Positions 9,321 to 17,484 of a stretch of DNA of 33,153 nucleotides are shown in pieces. Each line of letters begins with the position of its first letter. The stretch's first letter is position 1. Source of the stretch: an uncultured Gemmatimonadaceae bacterium (GTDB taxonomy: Bacteria > Gemmatimonadota > Gemmatimonadetes > Gemmatimonadales > Gemmatimonadaceae); assembly GCA_964626245.1 (NCBI GenBank), contig CAZVDJ010000001.1, positions 1 through 33,153 on the forward strand, read 5' to 3'. Made by a program: the position numbers and the translations under genes. Under the pieces are notes generated by a model. That model was given only the letters and a program-made list of their open reading frames with translations, searched no databases and was not told the DNA's origin.

Positions 9321-12023
9321 TCAGTCCGCGCGCAGCGCCACCGCCGGATCCACGCGCGCCGCGCGCAGCGCGGGGAGCCAGCAGGCGGCGACTCCAACCG
9401 CCGAAAGCACCACGGCCACGGCGGCCAGCGTGACGGGATCGTACGGCGTGACGCCGAAGAGCAACCCGCGCAACAGGCGCGCGGCGAGCAGGGCGCCGGT
9501 GAGCCCGACCCCCACGCCGGCGGCGAGCAGCACCCCGCCCTCGCCCAGGACCATGCGCTGCACGTGCGCCGCGTTGGCGCCCAGGCTCATGCGAATGCCG
9601 ATCTCCGCCGTGCGCGAGCGGACCGAGAAGGCGAGCACGCCGCCGATCCCGACCATGGCGATCACCAGTGCCAGGGCGGCAAAGGCGGCAATGAAGAAGG
9701 CATTGAGCCGGCGCGGGGCCACGGTGGCGTCACGCACCTGCTCCAGGGTGGCCATGCGCTCGATGAGCTGGCGCGGATCGACCTCGCGCACGGCACGGGC
9801 AATCGTCGGCTGCAACGCAGCGGGGTCGGTGCTGGTGCGCACCACCAACGAGGCGCCGACGATGAACTCCTGCGCGAAGGGGAGGTACATCACCGCGACC
9901 GGCTCCCGTTCCAGCCCGGCGTCGCGGGTGTCGCCCGCCACTCCCACCACCGTGCGCCACTCGCCATTGACGGGGCTGAACTTCAGCACCTCGCCGGTCC
10001 AGGCCACGCGACGCCCGATGGGATCAAGGTCGCCGAAGAGCTGCCTGGCGAACGAGGCGCTGAGCACCACCACCCGCGGACTGCCGCTGCGGTCGGTGGA
10101 CCGGATGGACCGTCCGGCCAACAGCGGAATGCCGGCCGCCGAGAAGTACTGCGGGTCGACGCTGCGGAAGACGGCGTGCGGCGGGGGCTGGTTGGGCGGG
10201 ACGGGGCGCCCCTCGGCCTTGACGTCGAAGTCCAGGAAGCCGGCGCGCAGCGGCGCCTGCGACCCCAGCGCCGCCACCTCCACCCCTGGAAGGGCGGCCA
10301 CCCGGTCCCGCATCCGTTCGTAGCGCGCGAGATGTTCGGCGCGCTTGGGGATCGCCGCCTCGAGCGGTCCCTCGATGGGGAGGTCGAGGGTGACGGCGTG
10401 CTCGGTGCGCACCCCCGTCTCGACGGCGTTGAGCTTCTCGATGGTGCGCACCAGGAGCCCCGCCCCCGTCAGCAGCACCATGCTCACCGCGAGCTGGGCG
10501 ACCACGAGCGTGCGTTGCACGCGCTGCCCCGCGCGCCCCAGCGTGGTGCGTCGCCCTGCCGAGGCGAGGGCGGCGGACAGGGCGCGCGCCCCCTCCAGCC
10601 GCGGCACGTACGACAGCGCAAGCGCCGCGGCCACGCTGGTCACGAGCCCCGTCAGCAGCACGACGCCGTCGATGCGGATCTCGGCGGCGCGCGGCGAGAA
10701 CTGGCCGGCGAAGGCCACGAGCAGGGTGAGCCCGGCGTAGGCCACCAGGACGCCTAACGCGCCGCCCGCGAGCGCCAGGGTGAGGTTCTCCACCAGGAGG
10801 AGGCGGCGCAGCCGCGCGATCCCCGCGCCCAGGGTGGCACGCACGAGCATCTCGCGCTCGCGCCCGATGCCGCGCATGAGGGTGAGGTTGGCCACGTTGG
10901 CGCAGGCGATGAGGAGGACGAAGCCGGCGGCGGCCATGAGGAGCCAGACCACCTGCGAGGCGCGCTCGTTGAGGGCGTCGCGGATGGGGAGGACCGACAC
11001 CGTGAACTGCGACGCCGAGTCGTACGCCTCGGGGTGTTCACTCGCCATGGTCGCGGCGATGCGCGTGACCTCGTCGCGCGCCTGCTCCACCGTGAATCCC
11101 GGGGTGAGCCGCGCAAAGACCTCGGTCATGCGATGCGATCGGTCGGTGACCATCGTGGCCCCCAGGTGGTGCGGGCTGGTCACCATGTTCACGAAGACAT
11201 CGGTGGGACGGGGGTAGTGCGGCGCCGGCTGCAATACGCCCACGATGGTGGAGGTCATGCCGTTCACCACCACCGAGGTCCCCACCACCGCGGAGTCGGC
11301 GGCGAAGTGCTCGCGCCAGAACTCGTGCGACAGGACCGTCACCGACGGCGCCGCGGGGCCGTCGTCGCCGGGCGTCGTCAGGCGCCCGAGCACGGGGGAG
11401 AGTCCGACGACCGAAAAGAAGTTGCCGCTGATGATCCCGGCCCGGATGCGCGCCGACTCGCCGTCACGCCCCACCATCGTGAACGGGAGCGATGACGAGT
11501 ACTCGGAGAACGCGGCGATCGTGTGCGACGCGGCGCGGAAGTCGGCGAGCTCGGGGATGGAGAAGTTGACGTCGGCCTGCCCTGCGCCCGGGGCCGACTG
11601 CCGCAGGTAGAGAAGCTGCTCGCCGTTGCGGTGCGGGAGCGGCTTGAGGAGGGTGCCGCGGAGCAGCGTGAACATCGCGGTGTTGGCGCCGATCCCCAGC
11701 GCGAGCGTGAGGATCACCGCGACCGCAAAGCCGGGGGCGCGCCGCAGGGCGCGCACGGCGACGACCACGTCGCGTCCCAGCTCCTCGAGGGGGCGGGTGC
11801 CGCGCGTGTCGCGCACCTGCTCCTTCTGGAATTCCAGTCCGCCCAGGGCGCGCAGCGCCGTGGCCCGTGCCTGGGCCGGTGACATGCCCCGACTGATGTG
11901 CTCCGCAGCCTGCCGCTCCACGTGGTACTGCAACTCCTCGTCGAGCTCGCGTTCCACGTCTGCGCGGTGCACGAGGGAGCGGAGGCGAATGGCGAGCTTG
12001 CGGCGCCAGCGATCGATCGACAT
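9321..12023 (-). CDS. ADOP-family duplicated orphan permease (two MacB-like periplasmic domain plus FtsX modules)
   Basis: ORF 9321..12293 trimmed to ATG 12023 (MSIDRWRRKLAIRLRSLVHRADVERELDEELQYHVERQAAEHISRGMSPAQARATALRALGG...), 900 aa. This is the characteristic N-terminal cytoplasmic leader, followed by two copies of a TM / large periplasmic loop / 3-TM FtsX arrangement. The start overlaps the PadR stop by 1 nt (TGATG). Confidence 0.85.
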   Translation of the reverse strand: MSIDRWRRKLAIRLRSLVHRADVERELDEELQYHVERQAAEHISRGMSPAQARATALRALGGLEFQKEQVRDTRGTRPLEELGRDVVVAVRALRRAPGFAVAVILTLALGIGANTAMFTLLRGTLLKPLPHRNGEQLLYLRQSAPGAGQADVNFSIPELADFRAASHTIAAFSEYSSSLPFTMVGRDGESARIRAGIISGNFFSVVGLSPVLGRLTTPGDDGPAAPSVTVLSHEFWREHFAADSAVVGTSVVVNGMTSTIVGVLQPAPHYPRPTDVFVNMVTSPHHLGATMVTDRSHRMTEVFARLTPGFTVEQARDEVTRIAATMASEHPEAYDSASQFTVSVLPIRDALNERASQVVWLLMAAAGFVLLIACANVANLTLMRGIGREREMLVRATLGAGIARLRRLLLVENLTLALAGGALGVLVAYAGLTLLVAFAGQFSPRAAEIRIDGVVLLTGLVTSVAAALALSYVPRLEGARALSAALASAGRRTTLGRAGQRVQRTLVVAQLAVSMVLLTGAGLLVRTIEKLNAVETGVRTEHAVTLDLPIEGPLEAAIPKRAEHLARYERMRDRVAALPGVEVAALGSQAPLRAGFLDFDVKAEGRPVPPNQPPPHAVFRSVDPQYFSAAGIPLLAGRSIRSTDRSGSPRVVVLSASFARQLFGDLDPIGRRVAWTGEVLKFSPVNGEWRTVVGVAGDTRDAGLEREPVAVMYLPFAQEFIVGASLVVRTSTDPAALQPTIARAVREVDPRQLIERMATLEQVRDATVAPRRLNAFFIAAFAALALVIAMVGIGGVLAFSVRSRTAEIGIRMSLGANAAHVQRMVLGEGGVLLAAGVGVGLTGALLAARLLRGLLFGVTPYDPVTLAAVAVVLSAVGVAACWLPALRAARVDPAVALRAD

Positions 12024-12373
12024 CAGGCACCTCCCGATGGGGCGTCCTGCAACCGGACGAGGGCAGTGATGGCCTGGGCCAGGCGTTCCCAGTTGCCGGC
12101 TTCCACCTGCAGCTGCCGGGCGCCGGCCGGGGTGAGGGAGTAGAACTTGGCGCGGCGGTTGTTCTCGCTCTGGCGCCACTCGGCGGTGATCCACCCTTCC
12201 TGCTCCAGCTTGTGCAGGGCGGGATAGAGCGAGCCGTCCGAGACCTGGAGCACGTCGGACGAGAGCTGCTTGAGTCGCTGCCCGATGGCCCATCCGTTCA
12301 TGGGTTGCAGGGCGAGCATCTTGAGGATGAGGAGGTCCAGGGTGCCCTGGACGAGGTCACTGGGCTTGCTCAT
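12023..12373 (-). CDS. PadR-family transcriptional regulator
   Basis: ORF track 116 aa. Winged-helix signature LDLLILKMLALQPMNGWAIGQRL...SDGSLYPALHKLEQEGWI...KFYSLTPAG. Confidence 0.9.
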   Translation of the reverse strand: MSKPSDLVQGTLDLLILKMLALQPMNGWAIGQRLKQLSSDVLQVSDGSLYPALHKLEQEGWITAEWRQSENNRRAKFYSLTPAGARQLQVEAGNWERLAQAITALVRLQDAPSGGA

Positions 12374-12389
12374 GAGGCTCCGTCCTTCC

Positions 12390-12402
12390 CTCGGTTACCG
12401 AG
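12390..12402 (-). promoter_or_regulatory. Perfect 6-1-6 inverted repeat CTCGGT-T-ACCGAG; candidate PadR operator
   Basis: Read directly, 17-31 nt upstream of the PadR ATG (12373). An extra half-site ctcggta lies at 12420-12426, inside the putative promoter spacer. Confidence 0.35.
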
Positions 12403-12431
12403 AGGATAAGGCCGCTCCACTCGGTAAGCAA
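12403..12431 (-). promoter_or_regulatory. Candidate sigma-70-type promoter for the PadR-ADOP pair (minus strand TTGCTT-N17-TATCCT)
   Basis: Read directly. The -35 is the reverse complement of aagcaa at 12426-12431. The -10 is the reverse complement of aggata at 12403-12408. The spacer is exactly 17 nt. It sits in one of the few locally AT-richer stretches, and the inverted repeat starts right after the -10. Confidence 0.35.
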
Positions 12432-12520
12432 GGGGAGGGGTGTGGGTGCCTACGAGCGCCCGCGCGAGTTGGTGTCAGCGGCGACTGGCTACGTCACCCC
12501 CAGCGCGCCACGGCGGCCGC

Positions 12521-15500
12521 TCAGTCGCCGGGCGCTCCCTCGGGCACCGCTGGCGAGGTGGCCACCGAGTGCTCGCGCGTCCGGTTCCCCCGCAAGCGGC
12601 GGATGAAGCCCGAGCGCCACTGCTCCATGATCTCGTACACGGTGGGGATCACGACCAGCGTGAGCACGGTGGAGGCGATCACGCCGCCAATCACCGCCCG
12701 CCCCAACGGGGCGCGGAAGTCGGCCCCCTCGCCGATGCCCAACGCCACGGGGATCATCCCGGCAATCAGGGCCATCGTCGTCATCATGATGGGACGCAAG
12801 CGGATGCGCCCAGCCCGGATGAGCGCATCGCGCACGCTCATCCCCGCGTCGCGGTGTGCCCACTTGGCAAAGTCGATGAGGAGGATGGCGTTCTTGGCCA
12901 CCAGCCCCATGAGCATCATCACCCCGATCAGGCTCATCACGTTGAGCGTGTCACCCGTGGCCAGGAGCGCCAGCACCACCCCAATCAGCGACAGCGGTAA
13001 CGAGATGAGGATCACCAGCGGCTCCAGGAACGAGCCGAACTGCACCACGAGGATGAGATACATCAGGAGCACCGCGATGCCGAGCGCGGTGATGATGGCG
13101 CCGAACATCTGGTTCTGGCTCTCCACCTGTCCCGCCTCGCTGATGCGATAGCCGGGCGGCATCGGGATGGTCGCGATGCGCCGCATGACGTCGGCGGCGA
13201 CGTTTCCCATGGACGCCCCCAGCACGTTGGCGCCGACGGTGACCACCCGGCGGCGCTGGTAGTGGTCGATGCGCGCCGGCCCGGTTCCCGGCGTGACCTC
13301 GGCCACCTGCGACAGCGGAATGAACGGGAGCGCCTCACCGGCCCCGCGCGGCGCACCGGTGAGCAGGATGGGGAGCTGCGCCACGTCGGCGGCACGGGCG
13401 CGCGCCTCCGGGGCCAGGCGCACGCGCACGTAGCGCGAAATTCCCGACGGGTCCACCCACGTCCCGGCCTCCACGCCAGCAAAGGCAAAGCGCAGCGACG
13501 CGGCCAGCTGCCCCACGCTCACGCCGAGCGACGACGCCAGTGCGCGATTCACGCGGATGCCAAGCTCCGGTGTCTGCCCCTTGGTGGAGAGGCCGACGTC
13601 CACCGCCCCCGGCACCGCGCGCACGGTGTCGGCCACCTGCTCGGCGAGCCGCGCCAGCACGCGCGCGTCGGGCCCCTGCACCTGGAGCTGCATCTGCTTC
13701 TGGTTGCCGGCCAGGCTTCCGGCATCAAAGGTGTAGACCACGGCTCCCGTGATGCGCGCGGTCTCTTCCCGGATGCGCTGCCCGAAGGCGAGCTGCGACA
13801 CGGTGCGCTCGCGCTTGGGCACCAGGCGCACGTACACCGTGGCCTGGTCCAGCGCGCCGGAGCCAGTGGAGCTGCCGACCGTGGTGTAGGTATAGGCCAC
13901 GACATCGCGGTGCGCGCGCACCATCTGCGCCACCTCCTCGGCCTTGAGCGTGGTGTACTCCAGCGACGAACCGGGCGGCGTCTCGATGGCGACGTTCAGC
14001 TCCCCGTTGTCCATCACCGGCTGGAACCCGAACCCCCCAAACGCCACCTGCAGCCAGAGCGCCAGCACCATCGACACGGCGGCAATCCCGATCATCGACC
14101 ATCGGTGGTCCAGCGCCCACGCGATCACCCGCTCGTAGCGCTCGGCCTGGCGGTCGAACCAGGCGTTGAAGCGGTCGAGCGCGCGGGCGATGGGGTTGCG
14201 CCGTTCGTGGGCCTCGAGCTGCGGGTCCGGCCAGTAGGCCGAGAGCATGGGGTCGAGCGAGAACGAGACGAAGAGCGAGACGAGGACCGCGCTGGCGATG
14301 GTGAGGGCGAACGGCTTGAAGAGCTGCCCCGCGATCCCCGGCATGAAGCCCACCGGGACGAAGACGGCGACGATGGAGAAGGTCGTCGCGGCCACGGCGA
14401 GCCCGATCTCGTCGGTCCCCTCGTGCGAGGCGCGCACGTGGTCTTTCCCCATCTCCACGTGCCGCACGATGTTCTCGCGCACCACGATCGCGTCGTCGAT
14501 CAGGATCCCGATCGCGAGCGAGAGCCCCATGAGCGACATCACGTTGAGCGTGAAGCCGAACAGGAGGAGCGGGGCAAAGGCGGTGAGCACCGAGACCGGG
14601 AGGGCGAGCCCCGTGATCACGGTGGAGCGCCACGAGTTGAGGAAGAGGAAGACGACGAGGACGGTGAGCACCGCGCCTTCGAACAGCGTGGACTGCACGT
14701 TGTTCACCGAACGGCGCACCCGGGCGCCGCCATCGCGCACGAACTCGATGGCCACCCCCGCGGGGAGCGTGGCCTGCAGCTCGGCGATGCGCGCGCGCAC
14801 GGCGTCGCCCACGCCGGTGGTGCTGTACTCGCGCGACTTGATGATGTCGAGGCCGATGGCGGGAACGCCGTTGAAGAGCGCCGCCGACGTCGCCTCGGCG
14901 GTGCCGGCTTCCACGTGGGCGAGCTGCCCCAGGCGGATGAGCTGCCCGCCACGCTGGGCGACGACGAGGTCGGCGAACTGCGCGGGGTTCTCGAGCCGCC
15001 CATCGAGCCGGATGACGCGATGCTCCATGGGGGCATTCACGCGCCCGACGGGAGCCGCGAGGTTCTGCGCGCGCACCGCGCTCACCACCTGGTCGATGCC
15101 GATGCCGGCGGTCGCCAGGTCGGTGGGGCGCACGTTGATGTTGAGCTGCGCGCTATCGCCGCCCACCAGGTTCACCTGTGCCACGCCAGGAATGGCGCGC
15201 AGCTCGCCGGCAATCTCCTGCTCCGCCAGCTGCGTGAGCTGCGGCGTGGGGAGCGTCCTGCTGGTGAGCGCCAGGGAGACAATGGGGAGCTGCGTGGGAT
15301 CGAAGCGGTTGAGGACCGGCTCCAGGATCTCCTGCGGCAGCTGCGGGCGCACCGCGGTCATGGCGTCGCGCACTTCCTGCAGCGCCTGGTCCACGTCCTT
15401 GGAAAAGACGAACTGGACGACGATCTGACCGAAGCCGTCGGTGGAGGAGGAGTTGAGCTTGTCGACGCCACTAATCGCCGAGAGCTTGTCCTCGATGCGC

Positions 15501-15694
15501 GTGACCACCTCGCGTTCCACGACATCCGGCGCCGCGCCGGGGTAGGCGACGGCGACGAAGACGATGGGCGGAGACAGTTCCGGGAACTCGTCGGTTCCCA
15601 GCCGGACCAGCGAGGCCAGGCCGAAGACGACGAGGGCGATCATCGAGACGACGGTGATGATCGGCCGACGGATGGAGAAGTCGGAGATGAACAC
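12521..15694 (-). CDS. AcrB/AcrD/AcrF-type (HAE1-like) RND efflux pump
   Basis: ORF track 1057 aa. Canonical opening MFISDFSIRRPIITVVSMIALVVFGLASL...DEFPELSPPIVFVAVAYPGAAPDVVEREV. 12-TM pseudo-duplicated architecture with two large periplasmic loops. Confidence 0.9.
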   Translation of the reverse strand: MFISDFSIRRPIITVVSMIALVVFGLASLVRLGTDEFPELSPPIVFVAVAYPGAAPDVVEREVVTRIEDKLSAISGVDKLNSSSTDGFGQIVVQFVFSKDVDQALQEVRDAMTAVRPQLPQEILEPVLNRFDPTQLPIVSLALTSRTLPTPQLTQLAEQEIAGELRAIPGVAQVNLVGGDSAQLNINVRPTDLATAGIGIDQVVSAVRAQNLAAPVGRVNAPMEHRVIRLDGRLENPAQFADLVVAQRGGQLIRLGQLAHVEAGTAEATSAALFNGVPAIGLDIIKSREYSTTGVGDAVRARIAELQATLPAGVAIEFVRDGGARVRRSVNNVQSTLFEGAVLTVLVVFLFLNSWRSTVITGLALPVSVLTAFAPLLLFGFTLNVMSLMGLSLAIGILIDDAIVVRENIVRHVEMGKDHVRASHEGTDEIGLAVAATTFSIVAVFVPVGFMPGIAGQLFKPFALTIASAVLVSLFVSFSLDPMLSAYWPDPQLEAHERRNPIARALDRFNAWFDRQAERYERVIAWALDHRWSMIGIAAVSMVLALWLQVAFGGFGFQPVMDNGELNVAIETPPGSSLEYTTLKAEEVAQMVRAHRDVVAYTYTTVGSSTGSGALDQATVYVRLVPKRERTVSQLAFGQRIREETARITGAVVYTFDAGSLAGNQKQMQLQVQGPDARVLARLAEQVADTVRAVPGAVDVGLSTKGQTPELGIRVNRALASSLGVSVGQLAASLRFAFAGVEAGTWVDPSGISRYVRVRLAPEARARAADVAQLPILLTGAPRGAGEALPFIPLSQVAEVTPGTGPARIDHYQRRRVVTVGANVLGASMGNVAADVMRRIATIPMPPGYRISEAGQVESQNQMFGAIITALGIAVLLMYLILVVQFGSFLEPLVILISLPLSLIGVVLALLATGDTLNVMSLIGVMMLMGLVAKNAILLIDFAKWAHRDAGMSVRDALIRAGRIRLRPIMMTTMALIAGMIPVALGIGEGADFRAPLGRAVIGGVIASTVLTLVVIPTVYEIMEQWRSGFIRRLRGNRTREHSVATSPAVPEGAPGD

Positions 15695-15831
15695 GCAGCG
15701 AGGGGGCCGGGGCGTACAGGCGCGGGGAACCTCGCAAGAATACGCGTGGGGCGCGGCGCGCGTGACGCCACACCCCTCCGGTCATCGGCCGCCCGTGCCG
15801 CGGGCGATGCGCGGCTCCCCGCGCGACGGTG

Positions 15832-16482
15832 CTACGTGCCGGGACGCAGCAGGGCGAGCCCCGCCACGACGGTTGCGGCCAATGCCAGCATCACGCCGAG
15901 TGAGGCGTACAGGCGCCGCATCACGATGGCCTTTCCTTCCATGTCGGTCGAGATGATCAGGCATGCCTGCGTCAACTCGGCACTCAGCTGCTCGGCGCTC
16001 ACGGTGCGCCAGGCGCGGTGCAGCTCGCTCAGGCGCGCCAGCCCCTCGCCCGTGGGGATGAGGGAAAGGAGCACCTGGTCGCGCCGCTCCGGCACGAGTT
16101 CACTCTTGACCAGGCGCGCGATCTGGCGGGCCGAGAGTCCGGGGCGCAGCGAGCGGAGTGCGCCGGCAAGGACGGTGAACGCGACGAGCACGTACAGCGC
16201 CGCCATCGCGCGCAGCAGCAGTGCAAGCGATGGAGAGAGCGGAATGAGCAGGGGCTGGCGCGCGAGGAACAGGACGACACCGGTGTTGACGGCACCGAAG
16301 ATGATGAGCCCATAGCGCACGCGATGCTCGGCGTTCTCGAGCATCCGGCGTTCGAGGTCGAGCACGTCCCACTGGTGCCGGAGCCGCTCACGAAGCTCCA
16401 GCGGTTCATGGCTGTCGTGGGGCTTCTTGCGCCCGGACTTGTCCCCGAGCTTGCGGGCCCGCTTGGTGGTGAGGGGGCTCAC
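15832..16482 (-). CDS. Three-TM membrane protein of unknown function (Lys/Arg-rich N-terminal tail, TM hairpin, about 70-aa soluble insert, C-terminal TM)
   Basis: ORF track 216 aa. The GTG start overlaps the TetR stop by 4 nt (GTGA). Natural-looking composition. TM segments: YGLIIFGAVNTGVVLFLA, LLLRAMAALYVLVAFTVLAGAL, LGVMLALAATVVAGLALL. The layout recalls the DUF5706/Pycsar-effector TM family, from recollection only. Confidence 0.6.
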   Translation of the reverse strand: MSPLTTKRARKLGDKSGRKKPHDSHEPLELRERLRHQWDVLDLERRMLENAEHRVRYGLIIFGAVNTGVVLFLARQPLLIPLSPSLALLLRAMAALYVLVAFTVLAGALRSLRPGLSARQIARLVKSELVPERRDQVLLSLIPTGEGLARLSELHRAWRTVSAEQLSAELTQACLIISTDMEGKAIVMRRLYASLGVMLALAATVVAGLALLRPGT

Positions 16483-17207
16483 GGGACGCCTCCCGTCGAG
16501 GGGGGAGATGCACCGAGCGAGCGCAGGAGCGACTCGATGGTGGCGCTTGCCGCGGCACTCCGGTCGGGCCCGGTCAGGGCGCCGTAGACATCGGGATACG
16601 CGAACCAGATGGCGTGCGCGGCGAGCGTGGCGAGCACGGTGCGGGCGGCGGCTCGAACATCCGCGGTGTGCAGCTCGCCACGCTGCACCCCGCCGGTGAT
16701 GATCCGTTCCAGCTCGTGCAGGAGTCGCTCGAACGATTCGGCCGCGTGAAAGACGGCCAACTCGGGAAAGCGGGGAAGCTCGGCGATGGTGAGGCGCACC
16801 AGGGCGAGCATCTCGGGACGCTCCATGGCGCTCCAGTACCGGCGCGCAAAGCGGCCGACCTGGTGGGCGGCGTCGCGTAGGTCGGCCACCGTCGCGACAT
16901 CGGCACCATCCGCACCGTCGGCGGCGGGGGTGGAATCTGAGGGATCGGCCGCGGTCACCGCCGCGAGCATGGCATCCGGACCGGCAACGCTCTGGATCAG
17001 GGTCCAGCGGACCATGTCACGGAACAGCTCGTGCTTGTCTGAGAAATGGCGGCGCACCAGGTGCAGCGAGACGCCGGCCCGGCGCGCCACGCTGCGCATG
17101 GACGTCAGGGCAAACCCCATCTCGCTGAACTCGACGAGCGCCGCGCGGAGAATGGTTTCCGACGGGTCGTTGGACGGCACGGGAGAGGGGAGGGAGATCG
17201 AGGACAC
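16479..17207 (-). CDS. TetR/AcrR-family transcriptional regulator
   Basis: ORF 16479..17342 trimmed to GTG 17207 (VSSISLPSPVPSNDPSETILRAALVEFSEMGFALTSMRSVARRAGVSLHLVRRHFSDKHELF...), 242 aa. N-terminal HTH, then a helical C-terminal ligand domain. The exact start is uncertain. Confidence 0.8.
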   Translation of the reverse strand: MSSISLPSPVPSNDPSETILRAALVEFSEMGFALTSMRSVARRAGVSLHLVRRHFSDKHELFRDMVRWTLIQSVAGPDAMLAAVTAADPSDSTPAADGADGADVATVADLRDAAHQVGRFARRYWSAMERPEMLALVRLTIAELPRFPELAVFHAAESFERLLHELERIITGGVQRGELHTADVRAAARTVLATLAAHAIWFAYPDVYGALTGPDRSAAASATIESLLRSLGASPPSTGGVP

Positions 17208-17338
17208 GTGGAGGAACCTGCCTGTCGAGTGATCGTGCGGGCGCCGCGGAGCCGGCGCGCCGAGATGAAGGGCAACGGACGCGCCACCCGCGGTGGGGCG
17301 CGGCGCGGGCGCCGAAGCGCCGAGTATGTCTCGATGCA

Positions 17339-17350
17339 GCAAGCGCTTGC
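17339..17350. promoter_or_regulatory. Perfect 12-bp palindrome GCAAGCGCTTGC in the TetR/EBP divergent intergenic region
   Basis: Read directly. Candidate operator; the binding protein is unknown. Confidence 0.3.
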
Positions 17351-17402
17351 GTGCGCGGTCCTTCCCGCTGGCGGCCGGAGAGCCTGCTTGTGCCCTTACG
17401 AC

Positions 17403-17414
17403 ATTTCGCGAAAT
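17403..17414. promoter_or_regulatory. Perfect 12-bp palindrome ATTTCGCGAAAT (TCGCGA core), about 70 nt upstream of the first EBP gene
   Basis: Read directly. It lies in the most AT-rich stretch of the 277-bp intergenic region. It shares the TCGCGA(AAT) core with the blocks upstream of the two sigma-54 promoters. Confidence 0.35.
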
Positions 17415-17484
17415 TGGGAGATCTCACGCCCTCGCAGTTCCAACCCATGGGCGCCGCGTCGCGCGCCAGGCACCGACCCCTCCG

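Noticed and set aside
13262-16315. Very long ORFs antisense to, or frame-shifted against, the called genes. Examples: 13262..16315 +, 71..1105 +, 918..2159 +, 3656..4924 +, 3843..5294 +, 7633..9141 -, 9183..10757 +, 17017..18972 -, 19387..20913 -, 25051..26613 -, 28099..29166 -, 30862..32655 -.
   Set aside because: Their translations are Arg/Pro/Gly/Ala/His-rich low-complexity strings with no recognisable motifs. They lie opposite or out of frame to genes with clear family signatures. They are the classic stop-codon-poor shadow ORFs of a very GC-rich genome.
15832-16482. Pycsar/CBASS-like anti-phage system, suggested by the effector-like three-TM protein.
   Set aside because: The window contains no nucleotide cyclase, CD-NTase, sensor or any other defence gene. 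The neighbours are a TetR regulator and an RND pump. The family resemblance itself is unverified.
17326-17484. ATG at 17326 as the start of the first EBP.
   Set aside because: Third-position GC is conspicuously low from 17326 to about 17455 (many codons ending in A or T). The segment contains two perfect palindromes and translates to MSRCSKRLRARSFPLAAGEPACALTTFREIGRSH..., which has no counterpart in the paralog. GTG 17485 aligns with the paralog N-terminus. It is kept only as an alternative start.
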